Below are positions 1 to 6,487 of a stretch of DNA of 20,000 bases, one piece after another. How positions within the stretch are numbered: the stretch's first letter is position 1; the number at the start of each line of letters is the position of its first letter. The stretch comes from an uncultured virus (IMG/VR IMGVR_UViG_3300037313_002214) (lineage: Duplodnaviria; Heunggongvirae; Uroviricota; Caudoviricetes), in the IMG/VR virus record IMGVR_UViG_3300037313_002214; one strand, 5' to 3'. The position numbers and the translations under genes are program-made. The notes under the pieces are model-generated. The model had not been told where the DNA came from, did no database searches, and was given only the letters and a program-made list of their open reading frames with translations.

Positions 1-74
1 TTGTGCACGGCTGCCAGTGCGATTTCATCGGCGAACACTTCGCGCAGGTAGGCTTCATCCCATTGCTTGCTCAT
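1..74 (-). CDS. Hypothetical phage protein, 5' part (MSKQWDEAYLREVFADEIALAAVH...), runs off window
   Basis: ATG at 74 preceded by GAGGAAAGAC; follows the stop of ORF 83..271 in the leftward operon. Confidence 0.6.
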   Translation of the reverse strand, partial: MSKQWDEAYLREVFADEIALAAVH

Positions 75-82
75 GTCTTTCC

Positions 83-271
83 TCACGCAGCCAAGGGAGG
101 AAACTTCACGCGCAGTTCGGCCATGAATAGATCGAACTCGGTGTCGTCCATGTCCGTGCAGTCGTGCCAGCCCGGTGCGCGCGCCTCGACTTCCAGCGGG
201 TGAATCCAGTTCGCTTCGCGGCCGGTAGGGCTCACCATGAATCGGTAGCCGTCGTTCTTCAGGGTGTTCAT
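83..271 (-). CDS. Hypothetical phage protein (62 aa)
   Basis: ORF whose ATG overlaps the stop of the upstream small ORF (ATGA coupling at 268-271). Confidence 0.75.
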   Translation of the reverse strand: MNTLKNDGYRFMVSPTGREANWIHPLEVEARAPGWHDCTDMDDTEFDLFMAELRVKFPPLAA

Positions 272-426
272 CGTTTGATCCTATTCGTCTCTCGCTCTGC
301 CTCAACCATCTTCCAGCCCAGTTCCATCCGGACCTGATCCGGCGCCGGCGGCGGTGTTCTGTCCGCCTGGCGCCGGTGCATCCAACTACGCACTTGTTGA
401 TTGCTCGGCTTGGTCGTCTGCGTCAT
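268..426 (-). CDS. Small hypothetical protein (52 aa, MTQTTKPSNQQVRSWMHRRQADRTPPPAPDQVRMELGWKMVEAERETNRIKR), first gene of PL operon
   Basis: Read manually (too short for the ORF track); AGGAG RBS upstream of ATG 426; ATGA overlap with next gene; directly downstream of PL. Confidence 0.75.
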   Translation of the reverse strand: MTQTTKPSNQQVRSWMHRRQADRTPPPAPDQVRMELGWKMVEAERETNRIKR

Positions 427-460
427 TGCGGCTCCTGGTTGAGTTCGCTACGTTGAACAC

Positions 461-489
461 AGTATCACATACGTGTTTAAAAAGATCAA
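461..489 (-). promoter_or_regulatory. PL-like sigma70 promoter
   Basis: Minus strand TTGATC (489-484), 17 nt spacer, GATACT (466-461); lambda PL is TTGACA-17-GATACT; overlapped by operators. Confidence 0.75.
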
Positions 490-501
490 CACAAACGTGA
501 T
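464..501. promoter_or_regulatory. OL operators: ATCACATACGTGTT (464-477) and AACACAAACGTGAT (488-501)
   Basis: 14-bp pseudo-palindromes AWCAC-N4-GTGWT, 24 bp apart; same consensus recurs between cI and cro. Confidence 0.85.
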
Positions 502-521
502 GATTGGGTTAAAATTCGTCC

Positions 522-1000
522 ATCAGGTGAGTTCTGCTGATTGCAAGCCTGGGGCGGGGAGGGAAACTCCGACGCTAAAGGCCCAGAGAGCAACCGAGCT
601 GACGGAATCAGCCGCCCTACATGCAGAAAACACACAGGTGTAGGGGGATAGGTGAGACTGCGACCTGGTGAAAAAAACGGGGGGGCGAGGGTGAGACTCA
701 CACAAGGTGGCGAAGAGAGAGCCTTGTACCCGAAAGTCTGTCGGATGGTGCCTCGGGCGTGAAAACGCTTGTCGAGCTAACGCCTGAAGGAAGCGAAACG
801 TACGCGCTCGCATATGCACGCGTATTAGCTATATCTCTGGGGTTGGGGGCTAGAGAAAAAACGTAAGTAAAGAAAAGATATCGCCGAGCACGATAGTGCG
901 AGAGCTTGCGAAGCAAGCGTGCAGCGAAGCGGCCGTAGTAGAAGCCAGCTTGATTAGATAACAGTCGAGTTGTCTATATTCTGAGTTCGAGTTATCTAAT
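522..1000 (+). ncRNA. Putative large structured non-coding RNA or structured DNA element
   Basis: No credible CDS; about ten stems in series, a GAAA tetraloop hairpin (757-768), a G-U-containing stem on + strand (834-856), purine-rich + strand. Confidence 0.5.
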
Positions 1001-1028
1001 GCGCGCGTGCGCAGGAGGGATAGAGGCC

Positions 1029-1220
1029 GTGACCAAACTGAACGTGCCCTACGCGGAAAAAGACGAAGCCCGACGGTTGGGCGCTCGATGGAATGCTGAG
1101 CTGAAGACTTGGTATGTTCCGCCTGGCCTGCTGCTGACTGTATTTGAGCGATGGCTGCCAAGGTTCGACATGAAGCTGCCACGCGGCGATCGTAAGCCTC
1201 GGAAGCGTCGTGTAAAATGA
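1029..1220 (+). CDS. DUF5710-like small protein
   Basis: Motif LNVPYAEKDEARRLGARWNAELKTWYVP typical of DUF5710; GTG start at 1029 after GGAGG/GAGG. Confidence 0.8.
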   Translation: MTKLNVPYAEKDEARRLGARWNAELKTWYVPPGLLLTVFERWLPRFDMKLPRGDRKPRKRRVK

Positions 1221-1253
1221 GATGATCTGTTGATCTCAGTCTTAAGTTGCCTC

Positions 1254-1874
1254 ATGACATTAGAAGAGTACATTGCTAAGTACCGACGTGGCTCCGCGGC
1301 ATTAACGCTCGCTGAGGCAAAAATTGCAGGCATTGACTACCCGCTGCCATCTGGATGGTTTAAGAAGAACCGTTTAAAAGATGTGGATGGCGATGCAATG
1401 TACGCTGCGATGCGAGCTCGCAAGGCGGATTTGAGGGCAAGAAAAGAAACTAATATTGCACTCTTCGGCGCTACGCCGAAGGAGTCAAAGAAGGTGCGGA
1501 AAGCTAAGCGGGTAGTGGCGAAGGCAATGAAGACACTGGGCCTGACGATTGCGCCCATATCCGTGCCGGCGGAGCCAAGCTCGGCCCCCAAGCCGCTCCC
1601 TTCCGCATCAGAGTGGGGTGCCTATGTCAACTCGGCAGAATTCCTCAAGTCATTCGAATGGCGTCAGTTGCGGCTCCAGGCGTTCAAAAAGTATGGTCGC
1701 GTTTGCCTTTGCTGTGGCGCGACGCCTGGGGCTGGGGTGGTCCTAAACGTTGATCACGTTAAGTCGCGCCGCCGATTTCCCGCTCTAGCGCTAGACATCG
1801 AGAATCTACAGGTCTTATGCGAAGATTGTAATCACGGCAAAGCTAACCAAACTGTCGACTTCCGAGCCGGCTGA
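1254..1874 (+). CDS. HNH endonuclease with Lys/Arg-rich N-terminal region
   Basis: EWRQLR...CLCCG...NVDHVK...NLQVLCEDCNHGK zinc-binding HNH signature; start may be 1230 or 1254. Confidence 0.88.
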   Translation: MTLEEYIAKYRRGSAALTLAEAKIAGIDYPLPSGWFKKNRLKDVDGDAMYAAMRARKADLRARKETNIALFGATPKESKKVRKAKRVVAKAMKTLGLTIAPISVPAEPSSAPKPLPSASEWGAYVNSAEFLKSFEWRQLRLQAFKKYGRVCLCCGATPGAGVVLNVDHVKSRRRFPALALDIENLQVLCEDCNHGKANQTVDFRAG

Positions 1875-2015
1875 TACTTCGCGATCGGTCGAGTTGTAGC
1901 CGGCTAATCGGACTGACTACGTCAGGCGCTGCGCGTCCCAGGCTTCGTACTGCGCCAGGCCCGGCGCTACCGATTGCGCAACTCTGTGCCGGCGTGAATG
2001 TCGAGATTCAAATTT

Positions 2016-2038
2016 CGCCCTGCGGATTCTACAGGGCG
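2016..2038 (-). terminator. Hairpin downstream of ORF 2053..2238, possible terminator
   Basis: CGCCCTG (2016-2022) / CAGGGCG (2032-2038) stem; U-tract weak. Confidence 0.3.
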
Positions 2039-2052
2039 GAATCAGCTGGTTA

Positions 2053-2238
2053 TCACCAAGCCCTGCTTTGCTGTTCCTCTTCGCTTTGCTCTGGCGCCGG
2101 CTCCCACATACTTCGCAGCAAGCCGACCACTCGCCTGAATGCCGATTTACTGGCAGGGGGCGCCTGAATCTCAGACGCGCCATCTTGATGAGGCGGTTCG
2201 ATCTGCGTGGCGTCCGCGTCATGCGCGTCGAGCATCAT
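2053..2238 (-). CDS. Hypothetical protein (61 aa)
   Basis: Strong AAGGAG RBS before ATG 2238; AT-rich upstream region with TGnTATTAT extended -10 candidate. Confidence 0.6.
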   Translation of the reverse strand: MMLDAHDADATQIEPPHQDGASEIQAPPASKSAFRRVVGLLRSMWEPAPEQSEEEQQSRAW

Positions 2239-2493
2239 TTATGCTACTCCTTAAGTATGCAGCAACTCACCAGTTCCATTGCATATAGGAATAATACCAT
2301 GTTATTTTGGCAAAAGACCAACACATTCTCACGTTCCCGTGCGTAATAAGAATTTTCGGGAGACATGGCAATAGCCGAGAATCCAGCGAGGTTGAGGTGC
2401 TCGCCCCACTGGCGACGATGTAATCGTTTAGTGCCTGTGCGGCCGCAGAGATGCACTGTCGGTCATGGCTGCTCAGTGTTTGGATTTCTCACT

Positions 2494-3249
2494 CTACAGG
2501 CGCCCCGTCACGACTCGGCCGGGCTGATAGACCACACGTCCGACGATGTTGCACTGGCCGCTGCGCATGTTGATCGGTCCGAAATCTGGATTGAATGAAT
2601 GCAGATACCACTGACCGCCCTGGTAGCGCAACTGCTTGACACAAGCTTCGCCATCGAAGTTGACGGCGTACACCTCGCGGCTTATCGGGCGCGTATCCGC
2701 GGTGTTGATGACGACGACATCATCTTCAAACAACATCGGCTCCATGCTGCAGCCTGAAACACGCATTGCGAGCAACTGGGCCGGTGAAAGGTTGTGCTTC
2801 TCAATCACAGATCTCGGCATGGGTAGCAAGCCCCAATCCTCAAGCACTGGCTCAGTCTCGAAGCGGGCGACACCAGCATGAAGTTTCAGCTTCACGAACC
2901 GGATCGGTAGCGTGTGCAGCTCGTCGCCTACACGTACAGGTCGAGCCCCAGGAAACAGCCTCAAGACGTCGGCGCCTGTCGGGATTGTTGCAGCGCTTGG
3001 CTGATCGTTTTGGAGCACATCGAGTATTGGCGCAGGAAGGCCGGCGCCAGTGACCTTAGCGATCGCCATCACTTGTTTCAGGCTAGGGCTATGCTTGACG
3101 TTCTCCCATCCGGAAATGTTGGCCTTCGTATAGCCGCGGTCGTCGCCCATCTCGAGCGCTAGTTTAGCGCCGAGGTCCTCTTGAGATAGTCCGGCTGCCT
3201 TCCGCGCATCGCGGATCCAGGCAGCCAAAAGTTGTTTTAGATCATCCAT
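2494..3249 (-). CDS. XRE-family HTH + S24 peptidase repressor (cI/LexA-like, 251 aa)
   Basis: HTH (LSQEDLG...ISGWENVKHSP); Ala-Gly site (LHAGV); catalytic Ser (VSGCSMEP) and Lys (CVKQL); TATACT 6 nt before ATG 3249. Confidence 0.92.
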   Translation of the reverse strand: MDDLKQLLAAWIRDARKAAGLSQEDLGAKLALEMGDDRGYTKANISGWENVKHSPSLKQVMAIAKVTGAGLPAPILDVLQNDQPSAATIPTGADVLRLFPGARPVRVGDELHTLPIRFVKLKLHAGVARFETEPVLEDWGLLPMPRSVIEKHNLSPAQLLAMRVSGCSMEPMLFEDDVVVINTADTRPISREVYAVNFDGEACVKQLRYQGGQWYLHSFNPDFGPINMRSGQCNIVGRVVYQPGRVVTGRL

Positions 3250-3291
3250 ACGGACAGTATAGAAAGGTTGAGTGCAAAGGTACAGAATTAC

Positions 3292-3335
3292 TTGACCTTG
3301 CCCAACATGCAAACCTATACTGTATGAACATACAG
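3292..3335 (+). promoter_or_regulatory. Rightward sigma70 promoter with overlapping LexA (SOS) box
   Basis: TTGACC (3292-3297), 18 nt spacer, TATACT (3316-3321); CTGTATGAACATACAG (3320-3335) matches CTGT-N8-ACAG. Confidence 0.82.
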
Positions 3336-3367
3336 TGTTTCGGACCTACAATATGAACGCCCGATGG

Positions 3368-3652
3368 CTAGCGCTTTCTCCCCGGCCTTAGAGCGTCAAT
3401 GATGGACTGAACCATTTGTTGAGTTTTTTGGACCTCCGCCTTGAGTTGCCGATTTTCTTCGCTCAGGCGCTGGGTCTGGGCAAGGATGGTGGCGAGAGAG
3501 GCGCCGCCTGACATGGCGGTGCAGCGAAGGATGATCTCGTCGTTCATCGAATGATCTTCGCGCTCGGCGGCTTCTTTGAGGTCGGCGTGCAACTCGGCGG
3601 GCAGGCGCATCGCGGTCTTGATGGGAGGCTTCTTGGGCGGCTGTTCTTTCAT
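3368..3652 (-). CDS. Arc-family ribbon-helix-helix DNA-binding protein with C-terminal coiled coil
   Basis: TAMRLPAELHADLKEAAEREDHSMNDEIILR matches the Arc/Mnt pattern. Confidence 0.85.
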   Translation of the reverse strand: MKEQPPKKPPIKTAMRLPAELHADLKEAAEREDHSMNDEIILRCTAMSGGASLATILAQTQRLSEENRQLKAEVQKTQQMVQSIIDALRPGRKR

Positions 3653-3691
3653 GCGCGCGATTCTTGCGCGTTTCGGAACAGCAGTGTTGCG

Positions 3692-3746
3692 AGTGCCATA
3701 CAAACGATGGCACTTTTCCGGTCAGGATACCGTATTGAGACCGGAA
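3692..3746. promoter_or_regulatory. Two inverted repeats upstream of the Arc-like gene, candidate operators
   Basis: AGTGCCAT-N7-ATGGCACT (3692-3714); TTCCGGTC (3716-3723) / GACCGGAA (3739-3746). Confidence 0.45.
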
Positions 3747-3842
3747 GTGATAACTAGAGCTTTATGTTTGCGTAGGGCAATGTGATACTTAGTCGTTTTA
3801 TGCATCGTAAATAGCCCATAAAGACCGCTCTTTTCGTTGCAT

Positions 3843-3878
3843 GTAGGACATGTCCTACGCCATATAGTTAGTAGGACA
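3843..3878. promoter_or_regulatory. Perfect 16-bp palindrome GTAGGACATGTCCTAC plus extra half-site
   Basis: Palindrome 3843-3858; repeat GTAGGACA at 3871-3878, directly upstream of the RBS of ORF 3896. Confidence 0.6.
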
Positions 3879-3895
3879 CTTGCAAAGGAGTAAAG

Positions 3896-4093
3896 ATGTC
3901 AGACGAGACGATGCCGAAGTTGGTCCTTGCGGCCGAGAATGACAATGATGAGTTTCAGTTGACGGTTCAGGAGCGGCGCCTGGTGTCGAATTTTCGCGCC
4001 ATGAAGCGTAGTGCGCAGTCTGTGTTCGTTGAGATGTCGGAGTCATACCGTCGAACGACCCCGGCGGAGGCAATCAAACTGCAACTACTCTGA
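3896..4093 (+). CDS. Small protein resembling the cI C-terminal helix motif; candidate antirepressor
   Basis: AAGGAG RBS; LTVQERRLVSNFR aligns with cI LNAREKMILELYR; convergent 9-nt overlap with cI. Confidence 0.7.
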   Translation: MSDETMPKLVLAAENDNDEFQLTVQERRLVSNFRAMKRSAQSVFVEMSESYRRTTPAEAIKLQLL

Positions 4094-4567
4094 GCGCCCG
4101 ACAATCGTGGCGTCGTTATATTCTGCGGCTGCCTTGCAGGCGCCGTATATCATAAGCTTGCCTTCGTCGCTCGAGCGGCGATATAGCTCAAGAATCATTT
4201 TCTCTCGCGCGTTCAATCGTTCGAGTGTCGTCTCGGACGACAGCGAAACATCTTCCATATAGTTGGCATCGCGCCCAACAGGCCGGCTCCGTGGGCCATC
4301 GTTGACTGCCCTGTACTGAGTAAGGGGCTCCTCAACGCCCAGTTTATTTAGGTCCACTTCTGTCGCATTTCCCTGACCGTTTGCCAGCCAGTTCGGATTT
4401 ACATCGAGTGCGGCAGCAATGTCGACGATACGGCGTGCGCTGGACCGAATACCCGATTCCAGATTCCCGATCGTGCTCTGCGTGACGCCGCTTAGCTTCG
4501 CTAGCGCCGCCTGGGTAAGCCCCTTTTGTTCTCGGGCCCAGATGAGCCGCTTTGCCAAAGTATCCAT
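4085..4567 (-). CDS. cI: Prophage immunity repressor cI-like (434-type HTH, no S24 domain, 160 aa)
   Basis: LAKRLIWAREQKGLTQAALAKLSGVTQSTIGNLESG...IAAALDVNPNWL HTH; divergent from cro across three operators. Confidence 0.85.
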   Translation of the reverse strand: MDTLAKRLIWAREQKGLTQAALAKLSGVTQSTIGNLESGIRSSARRIVDIAAALDVNPNWLANGQGNATEVDLNKLGVEEPLTQYRAVNDGPRSRPVGRDANYMEDVSLSSETTLERLNAREKMILELYRRSSDEGKLMIYGACKAAAEYNDATIVGRSE

Positions 4568-4633
4568 ATCACGAATGTAATACATAACACAATCACGTTG
4601 GTGTTGACGGTCCAAACACGAACGTGATATTGT
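4568..4633. promoter_or_regulatory. OR region: three operators plus PR and PRM-like promoters
   Basis: ATCACGAATGTAAT (4568-4581), ATCACGTTGGTGTT (4592-4605), AACACGAACGTGAT (4615-4628); PR TTGACG 4604-4609 with GATATT/TATTGT -10; PRM -10 TACATT on minus strand (4579-4574). Confidence 0.85.
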
Positions 4634-4639
4634 TTGCCC

Positions 4640-4894
4640 ATGGATACGCAAAAAATCACGTCGGACCTACTAAAGTCCGGGCTTACTCAGCAGGAGTTGG
4701 CCGATCTGGTCCCATGCGGGCAATCGACGATTGCTGCGTATTTGGCGGGAACCCGGGGATCGCGCCCCTCGAAATTCATCGGCGACCGACTCGAGGAGCT
4801 GCATGCCGAGCGCTGCTCTGGTGCCACGGGCGATTCGCCGATGCGTCGTGCGACCGACTCAAAGGATGCTGCATCGAGGCCAGGCAGCAGCTGA
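4640..4894 (+). CDS. cro: Cro-like HTH protein
   Basis: GLTQQELADLVPCGQSTIAAYLAG HTH; first gene of the rightward operon; recognition helix QSTI shared with cI. Confidence 0.85.
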   Translation: MDTQKITSDLLKSGLTQQELADLVPCGQSTIAAYLAGTRGSRPSKFIGDRLEELHAERCSGATGDSPMRRATDSKDAASRPGSS

Positions 4895-5088
4895 CCAGCA
4901 CGCTTAGCCCCGCAATAGATCGTAACGACGCCGGCGCAACCCAGTTGAAGCGGTACAGCGATCAAATCGCAGTTCAGCAGTACGAAGGCAGTGTCCGGCA
5001 TGTTGAGCTCCAGGGTTGGCGAAGTTTCGATGTAAGCATTCTCTCAACAACAAGTTTCCAAAACATCATTTTTTAGCGAGACAAGAGC

Positions 5089-5541
5089 ATGAACGCCAAA
5101 GACGCTTTCCACCAAACCGTTCACTCCGCACCTGGCGGTTGCATCGCCCTGGCTGCTCGTCTCGGTATGTCGGCAACGATCCTGCGCAATAAGGCCAATC
5201 CGAACAACGAGGCCAACGTCGTGACCATCGACGACATCGAGCGTGTGATGTCGCTGACGGAAGACTACTCGGTTTTGCACGCTCTGGCTGAGTCACATGG
5301 CTTTGTCTTGACGAAGCTCGAAGAACAGCCCGCTTCGGACATGGGCGTGCTTGAAAACGTCACCTGCATTTGGCAGCGCTTGGGCGACGTCGCGAATGAG
5401 GTCCATATGACGCTGGAAGATGGTCGCGTCGAACAACACGAAGTGGAAAGGGTGCGCGCGGCGGTGTTCAAGGCCTTCCGTCCAATGATGCAGCTGATCG
5501 AGCGCCTGAACGGCATGTCCGAGAAACCGGCTTCGCTGTAA
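5089..5541 (+). CDS. Phage regulatory CII-family protein
   Basis: PGGCIALAARLGMSATILRNKANPN...LHALAESHG pattern; position after cro. Confidence 0.8.
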   Translation: MNAKDAFHQTVHSAPGGCIALAARLGMSATILRNKANPNNEANVVTIDDIERVMSLTEDYSVLHALAESHGFVLTKLEEQPASDMGVLENVTCIWQRLGDVANEVHMTLEDGRVEQHEVERVRAAVFKAFRPMMQLIERLNGMSEKPASL

Positions 5542-5598
5542 GGAAGACCCAGGCGGCGGGCATGCTGCCACCAATACCTCGAACAGGGAGCCCAAGAG

Positions 5599-5805
5599 AT
5601 GACAAACGTATCGAAGCTGCTGGACACGCTGCGCAAGCGGTTCGACATCAAGAGCGACTCGGCCCTGGCCCGCGAGTTGGGCATGACGCCGCCGGACATC
5701 AGCAAGCTGCGCTCGGGGATGCGACTGCTGAGCGACCGCACGATTCTTCGAATCCACGAGCGCTTGGACTTGCCGGTGAAGGAGATTCGCGAGCTGGCGT
5801 CCTAG
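5599..5805 (+). CDS. Small XRE-like HTH protein
   Basis: KSDSALARELGMTPPDISKLRSG HTH; GGGAG RBS. Confidence 0.8.
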   Translation: MTNVSKLLDTLRKRFDIKSDSALARELGMTPPDISKLRSGMRLLSDRTILRIHERLDLPVKEIRELAS

Positions 5806-5828
5806 GCCTGAACAAAGAAAGGAAGCAG

Positions 5829-5930
5829 ATGCAGCAAAACGAAGAAGAGCAACAGCCGGCGCCGATCGAGCCCGGGCATGTGATGAGCAAGAAGAAGTAC
5901 CGAGAGCTGCTGGAAGGACAGCAGAAATGA
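5829..5930 (+). CDS. Small hypothetical protein (33 aa, MQQNEEEQQ...)
   Basis: AAGGAAG RBS before ATG 5829. Confidence 0.5.
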   Translation: MQQNEEEQQPAPIEPGHVMSKKKYRELLEGQQK

Positions 5931-5954
5931 AAAAGCCCGCGGCCAGGCGGGCTT
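5929..5954 (-). terminator. Intrinsic terminator-like hairpin, U-tract on minus strand
   Basis: AAGCCCGC-GGCCAG-GCGGGCTT preceded by an A-run on + strand. Confidence 0.5.
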
Positions 5955-5980
5955 AGTGAAGCAACTACAAGGGAGAGCGC

Positions 5981-6487
5981 ATGTTATCAGAAAAAATCAC
6001 GCCGGCGGCGCACGTCGGTGAAGATCAGTCCTCGCGCCAGTTCGAAGCGCGCGCGGCACACTGGTCGAATCTCGCGGTCCAGCTGCTTGGCGCGGCCAAG
6101 ACGCTGGCCAACGACTACCTGCAGGAAGAGCGCGACGACATCAGCGCCTGCGTCAGCCCTGAACATCACAAGGCGGTGCGTGCGCTGTTCGGCGCCATCA
6201 ACGGCGCGGATCATGCCGGCCTGTCCTATGCGTGCGCCGTGCTCGCGGCAATGGATATCGGCCGCGGCGTGTTCTGGTCGGTCACTGGTCAGGAGTTTGG
6301 CGCATCGTCTCTGCCTGACCTGATCCGGGAAAACGACTGGCTCCGCCCCGGCGACATCGTCTATCAGGCGCAAGCGGTCGGTCGCCAGAAGCTGACCGCA
6401 GCTGACTTCGCGCAGGCCGTCGCTGCGAACGCTTCCGTTCGCGATCCGCGCGTTATCGACATGTTCGAAGTCGGAGGTGCAGCGTGA
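5981..6487 (+). CDS. Hypothetical phage protein
   Basis: GGGAG RBS; GTGA overlap with next gene. Confidence 0.7.
   Translation: MLSEKITPAAHVGEDQSSRQFEARAAHWSNLAVQLLGAAKTLANDYLQEERDDISACVSPEHHKAVRALFGAINGADHAGLSYACAVLAAMDIGRGVFWSVTGQEFGASSLPDLIRENDWLRPGDIVYQAQAVGRQKLTAADFAQAVAANASVRDPRVIDMFEVGGAA

Noticed and set aside
651..698. GGTGAGACT repeat as a CRISPR or iteron array
   Set aside because: Only two 9-nt copies; no array and no cas genes
486..1182. Minus-strand ORFs 486-701, 523-819, 698-916 and 850-1182
   Set aside because: No RBS, atypical composition, mutually overlapping; the region is better explained as structured non-coding sequence
522..1874. Calling the locus HEARO/IscB (OMEGA), a group I/II intron or a retron
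   Set aside because: The HNH protein lacks RuvC/RRXRR motifs, there is no reverse transcriptase, no interrupted host gene and no recognisable intron core
3242..3257. Second LexA box over the S24 repressor start
   Set aside because: Only one CTGT half-site; the other half does not match
3826..3834. boxA-like CGCTCTTTT
   Set aside because: No adjacent boxB hairpin, not downstream of PL or PR, and no N-like gene identified
4840..4860. RRATD in the Cro tail as a c-di-GMP-binding RxxD motif
   Set aside because: Motif too short to support from sequence alone
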